A stretch of DNA of 64,000 nucleotides from Candidatus Saccharimonadia bacterium (GTDB lineage Bacteria; Patescibacteriota; Saccharimonadia; CAILAD01; CAZGYV01): the NCBI GenBank assembly GCA_041906885.1, contig JAYRII010000014.1, positions 74,059-138,058 of the forward strand, written 5' to 3'. The notes beneath the pieces were generated by a model. The model saw nothing but the letters and a program-made list of their open reading frames with translations, searched no databases and was not told the DNA's origin. Shown piece after piece: positions 50,645 to 60,340 of this stretch. The translations under genes were made by a program, and so were the position numbers. Position 1 is the stretch's first letter; each line of letters opens with the position of its first letter.

Positions 50645-51208
50645 ATGTTTCCGGATTTTCTGACTCAACCAGTTGATGATGTGGCTCGGCAACTTTTAGG
50701 TTGTGAACTGGAGCGTATGATTAGCAATGCGACTCTTAGAGTTAGAATTGTTGAGGTCGAGGCTTATGATCAAGATGATGAAGCCAGCCATGCCTATGGT
50801 GGCCAAACCAAACGTAATGCAACTATGTTTGGTGAAGCGGGACATTTGTATGTTTATTTTACTTATGGCATGCATTATTGTTGCAATATCGTGACTGGCA
50901 AAGCTGGCGTCGGCTCGGGTGTTCTGATACGAGCAGCAGAACCTGTCAGGGGAATTGAAATTATGAGACAACGGCGAGGTATGAAAGTTGACCAAGATTT
51001 GACTAATGGCCCAGCCAAGCTCTGCCAGTCGCTGGCGATTGACCGGCGACTCAATGGTCATGATTTGCACTTATCACCACTGCAGCTACTCGCTGGACAA
51101 CTGCGAGTCGACGAAAAAATCACCAGCTCAGCTCGGATCGGTATCTCCAAAGCCAAAGAACGACAACGCCGCTATTATATTGCAAATAATCGATTTGTAT
51201 CAAAGTAA
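50645..51208 (+). CDS. mpg: 3-methyladenine DNA glycosylase (MPG family)
   Basis: IVEVEAY, YVYFTYGMHYC, VLIRAAEP, NGPAKLCQ, RIGISK. Confidence 0.94.
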   Translation: MFPDFLTQPVDDVARQLLGCELERMISNATLRVRIVEVEAYDQDDEASHAYGGQTKRNATMFGEAGHLYVYFTYGMHYCCNIVTGKAGVGSGVLIRAAEPVRGIEIMRQRRGMKVDQDLTNGPAKLCQSLAIDRRLNGHDLHLSPLQLLAGQLRVDEKITSSARIGISKAKERQRRYYIANNRFVSK

Positions 51209-51412
51209 ATTTATTATTGAAGCATAAGTAATTTATCATTTTTTAATAAGTTTTTATTGGAAAAACCTAAACCTAAATTATGGAATCTACTAAATATGAC
51301 TTTTATATTTCATGCAGAGAGTTTAAAAAGACATTGCAAAGCCACTCATTTATTAGTCTACTAATAATAAGGCGTAGTTTTATCTGATAAGATTTAGACG
51401 TATAATAATCAT

Positions 51413-52051
51413 ATGAAAGTTGGTATTTTAGGCAGCGGGGAAGTTGGTAAAGCTCTAGCGAAAGGTTTTCTGAGCGAGGGTCATGAGGTAATGATGGCCA
51501 CGCGTGAGGTGAACGGCCCAAAAGCACATGATCTGCAAAAAGAATTAGATGTCAAAGTCAGTACTTTTGCCAAGGTAGCTAAGTGGTGCGAATTAGCTGT
51601 ATTAGCGACTCTTTGGACAGGCACAGAAGATGCAATAAAGCTGGCTCGGCCGGAAAATCTCGACGGTAAGGTGCTCATCGACGTCACTAATCCATTGGAT
51701 TTTAACTCTGGTATGCCACCAAAATTAGCTCTCGGCCGAGACGACTCCGGCGGCGAACAAGTCCAACGCTGGCTAGCAAGCTCGCGTGTGATCAAAGCAT
51801 TCAATACAGTTGGCAATGGGCTGATGTACAAGCCAGATTTTGAGGGTGATCAGCCGACGATGTTTTATTGCGGCAATGATGAGTCAGCCAAAGAAGTGGT
51901 GCGAACGATACTACTTAGTTTTGGATGGCAACCAGTCGATATTGGCGATCTGACAGGTGCGCGCGAGCTTGAGCCGCTTTGTATTTTGTGGATCAAGTAT
52001 GGACTAGCTTATAATTCTTGGACACATGCTTATAAATTGCTTCATAAGTAA
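51413..52051 (+). CDS. NADPH-dependent F420 reductase-like oxidoreductase
   Basis: GILGSGEVG, IDVTNPL, SGGE, KAFNT. Confidence 0.88.
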   Translation: MKVGILGSGEVGKALAKGFLSEGHEVMMATREVNGPKAHDLQKELDVKVSTFAKVAKWCELAVLATLWTGTEDAIKLARPENLDGKVLIDVTNPLDFNSGMPPKLALGRDDSGGEQVQRWLASSRVIKAFNTVGNGLMYKPDFEGDQPTMFYCGNDESAKEVVRTILLSFGWQPVDIGDLTGARELEPLCILWIKYGLAYNSWTHAYKLLHK

Positions 52052-52094
52052 TTAAAAATCAATTTTAAAATAACGATCATGATATTATAAGCAT

Positions 52095-53828
52095 ATGCGG
52101 AAAGTAAAAAATCTATGGCGCTGGTATGTACGTGGTGGTATTCCAGAATCAGCCAGTATTAGTCAACTACGCAAGCTGCAATTTATCAACATCATCGCAT
52201 TATTGGGCTTTTTGGTTTGTTTACCGTTTAGTATTATTGACTTCTCGAAATATTTTTTTGTCGGCTCTATTGAATTACTCACAGGAGTGATATTTTTATG
52301 TGCTGGTCTGACTTTGCGAATATGGCGACGGCCACGCTTGGCGATAAATTTGATTATCTTGGCGACTTTTATAGTATCTATTATGCTGGCAAGTACTGGT
52401 GGTGGTGATGGTGCGGGCATTGTTTGGGTATTAGTTTTTCCACCCCTCTTATTTTTTCTTGAAGATTGGAAGGCCAGCTTTTTATGGGTTGGTTTGTTGC
52501 TAGCAACACTAGCAGGATTGTTTTTTAGCGGCCATCTCTACCACAGCTATGATAACTACATTTACCAGCACACCAGCTATGCCATTGTCGTTATTTCGAT
52601 TGTGGTTTATTTTTACCAAGAGATAAATCGGCAAGCCGAGCAAATCAATGAAAAAGCCAAGCGAGAACTTTTCTATAGCAACCAGAAACTACATCAGGCG
52701 AACAGTGAATTAGTGTCGGCTAAGGCTCATGTTGAAGAACAAGTCTTTGAACGGACCCGCTCGCTTGTCAAAGAGCATGCTCGACTTGAGGCATCTGTGG
52801 GTAGCTTGCCATTGGGGTTCATTTTGACCGATGGGAGTTTATTCATTGCCAATATTAATGCTGAAGCTAAGCGGATTTTGAACGGAAAAGCGACCACTCA
52901 AAAGGATAAGAGTTATTCAAATATATTACGGGACGAGCTCAAGCTGGGCATGTCTATAAAAGACGTCATGATTGATAAAAAACGAATTGATATCAATGAA
53001 CTAATCTATCAGGAGAGTATACTGCAGATTACATTAGCACCGATTATATTAAATAATGAAGAGCAGGCCATTGGTGCCATCGTACTATTAGAAGATGTTA
53101 CAGAGAAAAAAATTATTGCACGAGCGCGTGATGAGTTTTTCTTAGTGGCAAGTCATGAACTTCGCACGCCCCTGACGATAGTTGAGGGAAATATCTCTCT
53201 TATTAAAGAGAACTTTTTAGCTGAAATCAAAAATATTGAGCTTCACCACATGATCGACAATGCGTATGATTCTACAAAACGTTTGATATATATCGTTAAT
53301 CAACTTTTACAGATATCAGCCCTCGAATTAGGGGAGGTTAGTTTAAAGCCTCGCAGATATAATATAGCTGAATTAACCACCATTACAACTGACAAATTTA
53401 GGCCAGTCGCTAAAAATAAGGGGATTAAGCTGAGCTTTCATTCAAAGCTAGAAGATGAAGCCGAGGTAAACCTGGATGCTGAGCGCTTTGATCAGGTCCT
53501 AAGTAGCTTAATTGATAATGCTGTGCGCAATACTAACGAGGGGAGCGTCAAGGTCGTTATCGAGAAAAATGAAGCTAACGCCAAAATTTCCATTATTGAC
53601 ACCGGCCGCGGTATCAGTGCGGACAATCAAGTATTATTGTTTCATAAATTTCATCAGTCTGGCAGTGATATTCTAACCCGTAGTGCTGGCCAAAGTATCG
53701 GACTTGGCCTCTACCTGGCAAAACTATTAGTCGAGAAGATGCACAGCAAGGTCTATTTGCAAGAGTCTGTTTCTGGTAAAGGTTCGATCTTCGTGCTTGA
53801 AGTACCGCTTGTTCAAGCTCATAGGTAG
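52095..53828 (+). CDS. Membrane sensor histidine kinase (TM domain, PAS-like, HisKA, HATPase)
   Basis: ASHELRTPL, LIDNAV, DTGRGI, GLGLY. Confidence 0.93.
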   Translation: MRKVKNLWRWYVRGGIPESASISQLRKLQFINIIALLGFLVCLPFSIIDFSKYFFVGSIELLTGVIFLCAGLTLRIWRRPRLAINLIILATFIVSIMLASTGGGDGAGIVWVLVFPPLLFFLEDWKASFLWVGLLLATLAGLFFSGHLYHSYDNYIYQHTSYAIVVISIVVYFYQEINRQAEQINEKAKRELFYSNQKLHQANSELVSAKAHVEEQVFERTRSLVKEHARLEASVGSLPLGFILTDGSLFIANINAEAKRILNGKATTQKDKSYSNILRDELKLGMSIKDVMIDKKRIDINELIYQESILQITLAPIILNNEEQAIGAIVLLEDVTEKKIIARARDEFFLVASHELRTPLTIVEGNISLIKENFLAEIKNIELHHMIDNAYDSTKRLIYIVNQLLQISALELGEVSLKPRRYNIAELTTITTDKFRPVAKNKGIKLSFHSKLEDEAEVNLDAERFDQVLSSLIDNAVRNTNEGSVKVVIEKNEANAKISIIDTGRGISADNQVLLFHKFHQSGSDILTRSAGQSIGLGLYLAKLLVEKMHSKVYLQESVSGKGSIFVLEVPLVQAHR

Positions 53829-54021
53829 AGCTGTCTTAAGCCCAACCTCTGACATAATAATCACTCGAAAGGCCTATTTTCCTCGATTTTATCAACACCA
53901 GGTGTGTAGATATTTTTTACTAAAGCTTAAGTAATAAAATTATATTTTAACTTCTAGTCCCTTAATATCTTGATTATTACGACCAGTAGTTTAGTATATA
54001 ATCATAATAATAGAGGTAATT

Positions 54022-54327
54022 ATGGGTTGTTTGATAATTTTGCTAATCTTGTGTTCGCCGCGATTGCTGTTGTTTTTGTACTTTCTATTCAATAATGCGC
54101 GGATGCATCTCGTATTCGGTAGCTCTCTGGTTTGGGCTTTCGTCGGTTTTCTTTTCGCACCGTGGACAACACTAATGTATTTTTGGGTTTATAATCCAGT
54201 AATCGGCCACTTAACAGGCTGGGGCTGGTTCTGGATAGTCGTTGGAATCTTATTTGATTTGAGCTCTTATGGCTCGACTAAATTTGGCCGCCGTGGTAGC
54301 AGCAACAAAGTAATAGTGGTTGAATAA
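54022..54327 (+). CDS. Small membrane protein
   Basis: SPRL..., GFLFAPWTTLMY, three hydrophobic segments; GAGG RBS. Confidence 0.8.
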   Translation: MGCLIILLILCSPRLLLFLYFLFNNARMHLVFGSSLVWAFVGFLFAPWTTLMYFWVYNPVIGHLTGWGWFWIVVGILFDLSSYGSTKFGRRGSSNKVIVVE

Positions 54328-54380
54328 TTCTTAAAACATAAGTATTATAAGTGTAATAATAGTTGAGGAGGATCGGTTCG

Positions 54381-55496
54381 ATGCGAATACGAACGATGGT
54401 TTTATTAAATAAATTTACACTCATCGTGCTGGGCTTGAGCCTCTTGGCCTGGCCACTGAGCTCGCAGGCTTCTTTCCCGGGGACGAACGGACGGATATTC
54501 TACGATGAGTATACATTGGACCAAAGCAATACCAACATCAAGTCCATGAAGTCTGACGGGACTGATGCCCAGACAATAGTTCAGGGACAGAATGGTTTAT
54601 TAATAGATTCCCCGCAGCTGTCACCAGATGGTAAAAAACTACTATACCGTAAAGGCAATGACTCCCTGGTGGTAGCGAATGGGGATGGTAGTAGTCCAAC
54701 GACAATATTCACTATTGGGGTGGGTGGAGATGGCGTGAGCATTGGTTCCTGGTCTCCAGATAGTTCAAAAATCGCTTTTAATCAGTCGTACAATGGCCAA
54801 CCAACACAAAGTGGTATTTTTGTAGTCAATGCAGATGGTACAGGATTGATCCACGTCTTGGCCAATACAAGCTCGCTAGTTTATTCGAACGCTTCATGGT
54901 CACCGGACGGCAATCTACTAGCTGTTTCGGGGACTGAATTTATTACTCCGACGCTAGGGGGGCTGTTTACGGTTGCACCCTCGGTATCTGCTACACCGAC
55001 TCAAATAATTGCCAACACGGGCTCAATCCAAAATTATCGACCCGACTGGAAGCCAGATGGTAGTAAAATTGCTTTTCTCCGTGATACAGGTACGGATGCT
55101 ACGTCTGGTATTTTTACGGCCGATCCTAATGGTAGTAACGTGTCACAGGTTTTGTCAAATACAAATGCTCCCGGTGGAGCATCCAAGTTTGCTTTAGCCA
55201 GGTGGTCACCCGATGGAAATAAGATGGTATCTAAGCTTTTTGCAATATCTCCAGGTGCCATGGGATTTACGATGGATAGTAATGGCTCAAATATCGCTAC
55301 TATAGGTGCAGTCGAGGACCCTTTTTGGGCCGTACCTGTAACATATATTGCCGCGCCAGGCTTGCCCAATACACCAACTGATAAAAATGCACCAGTCGAT
55401 CACAAGCCACTTGTAGCTGCTGTGGCTGGCTTGGGATTGGTTGGCTTACTCAGTTTGCTCAAATATCGTCAAATTCGAAATTCGTCTGAGCGATAA
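54381..55496 (+). CDS. Secreted TolB-like (PD40) beta-propeller with C-terminal sortase-type sorting signal
   Basis: Signal peptide, FPGTNGRI, repeated WSPDG, LPNTP + hydrophobic helix + basic tail. Confidence 0.85.
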   Translation: MRIRTMVLLNKFTLIVLGLSLLAWPLSSQASFPGTNGRIFYDEYTLDQSNTNIKSMKSDGTDAQTIVQGQNGLLIDSPQLSPDGKKLLYRKGNDSLVVANGDGSSPTTIFTIGVGGDGVSIGSWSPDSSKIAFNQSYNGQPTQSGIFVVNADGTGLIHVLANTSSLVYSNASWSPDGNLLAVSGTEFITPTLGGLFTVAPSVSATPTQIIANTGSIQNYRPDWKPDGSKIAFLRDTGTDATSGIFTADPNGSNVSQVLSNTNAPGGASKFALARWSPDGNKMVSKLFAISPGAMGFTMDSNGSNIATIGAVEDPFWAVPVTYIAAPGLPNTPTDKNAPVDHKPLVAAVAGLGLVGLLSLLKYRQIRNSSER

Positions 55497-55508
55497 CAAG
55501 GACAAGCG

Positions 55509-56333
55509 ATGGAGACGCGCTGCCCGCATTGTAAACGCCAGCTCGTTATTTCAGCTGCTGAGTCGCAAGCATCCACTAAGGCTACTGCCAAACAGGGATC
55601 ACATACACACACTCACACTACCCGTCGGGTGGATGATATGCGGCCCGCTACCTCCACGACAGCGGTTATTGATTCGCGTAGCCGCGGTCAGAAAAAGCCT
55701 GCCAGGTGGCGCTTAGGCTTAATTTGGTTGGCTGTTTTCGTGCTATCAATCATAATCGCTGAGCTAGGGATTATGTGGTGGTGGGCGGATCGCCATGTCG
55801 AGCTATCACCGGCAGTAGATAAAATCGCAGCTGAGGCTCAACCCAGTTTAGCGCCGACTATTACACCCTTAGCACCAGTTGTACAGATTGCTGAGCCAGC
55901 TAAGATTCGCATTGCCAAGATCGGCCTTGATGCTAGTATTATTCCTGTTGGTGTGACCAAAGAGGGTAATATGGACGTGCCTAAAAATCTAACTCAAGTT
56001 GGCTGGTACAACAAAGGGCCAAAGCCTGGTGAGAAAGGTAAGGCAGTGCTAGATGGCCATTATGGTGCGCCGAATCAAGTTGGAGTTTTTCGTAAACTCG
56101 ATGGACTCAAAGAAGGTGATATTGTTGAGGTCGATGACAAGAATGGCAAAATTTGGAAATTTGCCGTTAAACGCACCGAGGCTTATCGGCCGACCGGCGC
56201 ACCACTTAATGAGATTTTTGGCGATGCTCAAAAACCAATGCTCAATCTGATAACTTGCTATGGCGACTGGTATGCTTCGGCTTATAAATATGACAAAAGA
56301 CTGATTATTTTTACCGAGCTGATCGATCAATAG
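55509..56333 (+). CDS. Class F sortase
   Basis: VGWY..GPKPGEKG.AVLDGH, LNLITC, catalytic Arg in DKRLII. Confidence 0.92.
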   Translation: METRCPHCKRQLVISAAESQASTKATAKQGSHTHTHTTRRVDDMRPATSTTAVIDSRSRGQKKPARWRLGLIWLAVFVLSIIIAELGIMWWWADRHVELSPAVDKIAAEAQPSLAPTITPLAPVVQIAEPAKIRIAKIGLDASIIPVGVTKEGNMDVPKNLTQVGWYNKGPKPGEKGKAVLDGHYGAPNQVGVFRKLDGLKEGDIVEVDDKNGKIWKFAVKRTEAYRPTGAPLNEIFGDAQKPMLNLITCYGDWYASAYKYDKRLIIFTELIDQ

Positions 56334-56397
56334 AGCCATGAAATGATTCGTGGAGTTCATTTGACCAACTCACGACAAGCTAGTCAGTGAAGTTTTG

Positions 56398-56494
56398 ATA
56401 ATGTGCGGATGCATCTCGTATTCGGTAGCTCTCTGGTTTGGGCTTTCGTCGGTTTTCTTTTCGCACCGTGGACAACACTAATGTATTTCTGGGT
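56398..56494 (+). repeat. 97-bp direct duplicate of 54092-54188
   Basis: Identical except for two substitutions. Confidence 0.95.
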
Positions 56495-56575
56495 GCGCCA
56501 TCAGTGCTCACGAGGTCGCCTTTTATTTTTAACTAGCTTTTACAGGGTTCGGTCGTTTCTGCTATTATTTAAAGT

Positions 56576-56995
56576 ATGAAGAAGCAGCTCGATGAATTTA
56601 AAAAATTTATTTCGCATGGTAATGTCGTCGACCTGGCTGTCGGTGTTGTTATTGGTGCCGCATTTACTGCAGTTGTAAACTCAATGGTCAAAGATTTGAT
56701 AACCCCTTTTATTGCCTCTCTTGGCGGCAAGCCCGATTTTTCTAGTCTAGCTTTTGAGATCAATGGCAGTAAATTTATGTATGGTAATTTCTTTAACGCT
56801 GTTTTGTCATTTTTAATCGTGGCGGGTGTTATATTCTTCCTGGTGGTCAAGCCTATTAATAAGTTGACCGAGCTATCAAGTCGCAATGAACAGCCCACCA
56901 CAGCGCAGTGCGCTGAGTGCTTAAGCGAAATCATGCGCGAGGCCAAGCGCTGCAAGTATTGTGGCTCGCCTCATTCAGCCAAAAACAAAAAGTAA
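56576..56995 (+). CDS. mscL: Large-conductance mechanosensitive channel with C-terminal Cys cluster
   Basis: EFKKFI..GNVVDLAVGVVIGAAF, YGNF; tail CAEC..CKYC. Confidence 0.95.
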   Translation: MKKQLDEFKKFISHGNVVDLAVGVVIGAAFTAVVNSMVKDLITPFIASLGGKPDFSSLAFEINGSKFMYGNFFNAVLSFLIVAGVIFFLVVKPINKLTELSSRNEQPTTAQCAECLSEIMREAKRCKYCGSPHSAKNKK

Positions 56996-57162
56996 ACAAT
57001 TACGTTAAAAAATCTTTTTTCTCATGCTTGCTTTTGGCGGGAGGGGTGGCGTAAGCTGGATTCCAAGGAGGGTTCGGCCCTTTTTTATTTTACTTACAAA
57101 ATATATTTGTCGCTAAATAAAAGGGGGTGAGTCACAAGCATAATAAATTAGGAGGCAAGAAA

Positions 57163-57687
57163 GTGCAGAAAGTAGTTAAACTATCCCTGATTGGTCTAGT
57201 CAGTGCTATGTTTTTAGGCGGCATCGCTTTAGCTGACACTGGGGCTATTGGCAACACAGGACCAGATTCGAGCAACAACATAACAAATAACAACAACCAA
57301 AATACAAACCAAGAAAACAATAATCACGTCGGTGTTGACAATAATTCAGACCAAACTTGCCAGTCGGGGAGTGCGAATACGAGCAGTAATACAAATGCTG
57401 GTGGCGCCCAGAGTGGTGAGGCTAACTGCGAAAACACCACCAATACTATTATAAATATTGCTAACGGTAGCGGGGCGGTAGTTCCGGCTGAGGAAATTAC
57501 ACCCGGTAAAGGTGCTGGTTCAGCTCCGGTTGCTGAAAATGTTTCAGCTCAAACTGCGCCAACTAGCCTACCTCGGACAGGGCTTGGTAGTAATTGGATC
57601 TTCTCAGCTGTCATCGGCAGCTTGGCCGTAGTAGCTCTGAAGGTGTCTTTAGACACAATGCAAAAAAATGCTAGCTTGAGCTACTAG
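57163..57687 (+). CDS. Asn-rich secreted protein with LPxTG sorting signal
   Basis: Signal peptide, NTGPDS.N, LPRTG + hydrophobic helix; GGAGG before a GTG start. Confidence 0.82.
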   Translation: MQKVVKLSLIGLVSAMFLGGIALADTGAIGNTGPDSSNNITNNNNQNTNQENNNHVGVDNNSDQTCQSGSANTSSNTNAGGAQSGEANCENTTNTIINIANGSGAVVPAEEITPGKGAGSAPVAENVSAQTAPTSLPRTGLGSNWIFSAVIGSLAVVALKVSLDTMQKNASLSY

Positions 57688-57707
57688 CAAGTTAGCCAAA
57701 AGTAAGT

Positions 57708-57750
57708 ACTAAAAAAGCCTCATCTTACCGTTGAAGAGAGGCTTTTTAGT
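57708..57750. terminator. Bidirectional intrinsic terminator
   Basis: ACTAAAAAAGCCTC...GAGGCTTTTTAGT between convergent genes. Confidence 0.8.
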
Positions 57751-57762
57751 GCGTCTAAAATA

Positions 57763-58038
57763 CTAGTTAAAGTCGCGTTTTGGGCGCTCGGTCATTGGTC
57801 GAGCTTCATTCACAACCAGTGTTCGTCCGCCAAATTCTTTTCCATTCATGCCTTCGATGGCAGCCTTAGCTTCATCCTCGCTTGACATCTCGACAAAGCC
57901 GAAGCCTTTTGATCGACCTGTCTCACGGTCATGGATGATAGCAACCGATTCAACACTGCCGAATTGTTCAAAAGCTTCTTTAAGCTCTTGATCGGTAGCA
58001 CGGTAAGGTAGACTGCCTACATATAATTTAGTAGCCAT
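57763..58038 (-). CDS. RRM-domain RNA-binding protein
   Basis: KLYVGSL (RNP2), RSKGFGFVEM (RNP1), VNEARP. Confidence 0.96.
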   Translation of the reverse strand: MATKLYVGSLPYRATDQELKEAFEQFGSVESVAIIHDRETGRSKGFGFVEMSSEDEAKAAIEGMNGKEFGGRTLVVNEARPMTERPKRDFN

Positions 58039-58210
58039 TACTAACTCCTATTACTTGACTCGTAGAACGACCTTCTCATCTTTTCTCGTATCACCTAAAC
58101 ATTTTAAAAAGCGGTCGCCCGCTAAGCAAACTAAATGGCTACTTCTTTAAGATAAGATCTACAGTACCAAAGTATACGCTTATTTTTCGCTTTTTGCAAG
58201 CTAAATCAGG

Positions 58211-59068
58211 TCATTGTGGACTGGCATAGATGAAATTGTAGCCATTATCGGCCCGTCTATCCCAATTATATTGCGGCGAGAAGAGGCAAAGCAGGTTATG
58301 ATAACAATTGTAACCAGATCGTTGAGCCTCATAGCTGATCGCATCAATGTGCTCGACATTATTAGAAGTTCTGACTAATTTATACTCCGCAGGCACACCG
58401 CTAACTATACGTAGGCAAAAGTCACGCTTAGAAGGTAAGTTGAAGCTAAAACGACCATTTTCGTCAGTTTTGACGCTAAGAGACTCGGCGCAGGTCTGCA
58501 GGACGACATCTTTGATTGGCTTTTCATCTTCTGTTATTGCGCGTCCAGATATTGTAGTGTTGTATGAGCCAGGTGGTGGACCTTTGGGTTCGACAGCTTC
58601 TTGGGCTGGTGGAGTAGCCCCTTGAATCCAGCAAAAATATGAGGCATTCCAGGGCTGCGTACCCCGTTTCTTAAAAGTATTATTGAAGGCTTGATCTTGA
58701 ACAGCTGGTGGGGCGTCACTGGCTTTGGGGTAAATGGCTGAAACGCTCGGATCGACGTTGGACCGCCAAGTACCGATATCGAATTGGTAGGCGCCATAAT
58801 GCCCACTACTATTAGCTGCCAGATAGTTTGGTTGACTGTTTGGTCCACTGCCACTTTCGCAGCCAGCCACGCGGGGTCGCCAGTAATTGGCATTGGTGCG
58901 AAATACTGGTATACCACCTGCAAAAGAGTTGTATATTAATATCGTACCAACGAGCGCAAAAAGTACTAATTGAATTATTAGAATTGGTCTGTAAAAGGGT
59001 TTGTTACGCTTAATTTTGGGTGAAAACGAGGTCTTTTTTTTAGGTTTTTTTTGGATTATTGAGGACAT
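58211..59068 (-). CDS. Membrane-anchored Rpf-like transglycosylase with C-terminal beta-sandwich
   Basis: W..VAGCESG, YGAYQFDIGTW, ASDAPPAVQD, GTQPW. Confidence 0.82.
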   Translation of the reverse strand: MSSIIQKKPKKKTSFSPKIKRNKPFYRPILIIQLVLFALVGTILIYNSFAGGIPVFRTNANYWRPRVAGCESGSGPNSQPNYLAANSSGHYGAYQFDIGTWRSNVDPSVSAIYPKASDAPPAVQDQAFNNTFKKRGTQPWNASYFCWIQGATPPAQEAVEPKGPPPGSYNTTISGRAITEDEKPIKDVVLQTCAESLSVKTDENGRFSFNLPSKRDFCLRIVSGVPAEYKLVRTSNNVEHIDAISYEAQRSGYNCYHNLLCLFSPQYNWDRRADNGYNFIYASPQ

Positions 59069-59150
59069 AGCGTTGTTTCTACACTAAAATGCTTAAGTCT
59101 ATTTGTCAATCTGGCTGCCAGTGTGTAGCAATTGTTGTACAATGAAGACT

Positions 59151-60302
59151 ATGGCTTATCACTCACATGATTTTCGTCAGGCAGCTCTTGATCTGCACCA
59201 GAAGCTACAAGGAAAAATCAAGATTAGTGCATCGCTACTCTTGCGTAGTGAGGCTGATCTCAATCTGCTTTATACTCCAGGAGTTGGCGCCGTTTCGAGT
59301 TTACTGGCTGGTAAGCCGGAGCTGATTGGCCAGTATACGATTAAGAACAAGTTGGTGGCAGTTGTTTCGGATGGTTCGGCTGTTCTGGGGCTTGGCAATG
59401 TAGGGCCGGCCGCTGCTTTACCGGTGATGGAAGGCAAGGCAATGCTCTTTGCTCAGTTGGCTGGCCTCAATGCCTTTCCCGTCGTACTTGATACTCAAAA
59501 CATCGAAGAGATAGTTGCCACGATTCGTCATATTGCGCCAGTTTTTGGGGGTATTAATCTGGAGGATATAGCAGCTCCAAAATGTTTTGAAATCGAACGT
59601 CGTCTTGAATCAATACTTGATATTCCAGTCATTCACGACGATCAGCATGCCACCGCCATAGCTGTTTTGGCTGGTCTAATCAATGCTTTTAAAGTAACAG
59701 GGAGACAGCCAGCCAGTGCGAAGGTAGTCGTGGTCGGAGCAGGTGCGGCTGGAAATGGCACGGCTAAGCTGCTGAGCGCATATGGTATTAAAAATTTACT
59801 AGTTGTTGATAGTAAGGGTATATTGACCAGTAGTCGAAGCGATCTCGATCGAGACAAGGCCGAACTTGCAAAAACTACTAATCCGAGGAGGGTGGCTGGA
59901 GATTTATCGGTGGCGATGAAGCAGGCTGATGTGGTTGTTGGCTTGTCTCAGGGCGGCTTGATAACCAGGCAGCAGATATCGAGTATGCAGCAAAACCCGA
60001 TAATATTCGCATTAGCCAATCCAACACCAGAGATCATGCCGGAAGAAGCGCTTGCCGCTGGTGCTGCTGTAGTCGCGACCGGCCGGTCTGACTTTAATAA
60101 TCAGATTAATAATGTCTTAATTTTTCCAGGTATGTTCAAGGGCGCAATGGCACAAAATGTCAATAGTATTACCGTCAAAATGAAGCTCGCAGCAGCCCAA
60201 AATATAGCGGCAATCATTAAGAGGCCGACGCCTGAAAAAATCATACCTTCAGTCTTTGATCCTGGTGTAGTTGAGGCGGTCGCTTCGGCAATTCACTCAT
60301 AA
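59151..60302 (+). CDS. NAD(P)-dependent malic enzyme
   Basis: YTPGVG, SDGSAVLGLGN, PVMEGK, INLEDI, HDDQH, ATGRSD. Confidence 0.95.
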   Translation: MAYHSHDFRQAALDLHQKLQGKIKISASLLLRSEADLNLLYTPGVGAVSSLLAGKPELIGQYTIKNKLVAVVSDGSAVLGLGNVGPAAALPVMEGKAMLFAQLAGLNAFPVVLDTQNIEEIVATIRHIAPVFGGINLEDIAAPKCFEIERRLESILDIPVIHDDQHATAIAVLAGLINAFKVTGRQPASAKVVVVGAGAAGNGTAKLLSAYGIKNLLVVDSKGILTSSRSDLDRDKAELAKTTNPRRVAGDLSVAMKQADVVVGLSQGGLITRQQISSMQQNPIIFALANPTPEIMPEEALAAGAAVVATGRSDFNNQINNVLIFPGMFKGAMAQNVNSITVKMKLAAAQNIAAIIKRPTPEKIIPSVFDPGVVEAVASAIHS

Positions 60303-60340
60303 GATCAGCATGCTATAATGCCTATTAAATATAGGAGCCT

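Noticed and set aside
56330-56339. ATAGAGCCAT after the sortase (same as 29721-29730) and GAGCCA at 40011 as further cassette ends
   Set aside because: Too short to distinguish from chance, and lacking the rest of the repeat unit.
54092-56494. 97-bp repeat pair as a diversity-generating retroelement TR/VR
   Set aside because: Only two differences, in opposite directions (C/T and T/C), so not adenine-specific in one copy; no reverse transcriptase in the window.
57036-57090. G-rich segment and hairpin upstream of the LPRTG protein as a riboswitch
   Set aside because: Explained adequately as a terminator after mscL; no known aptamer consensus recognised.
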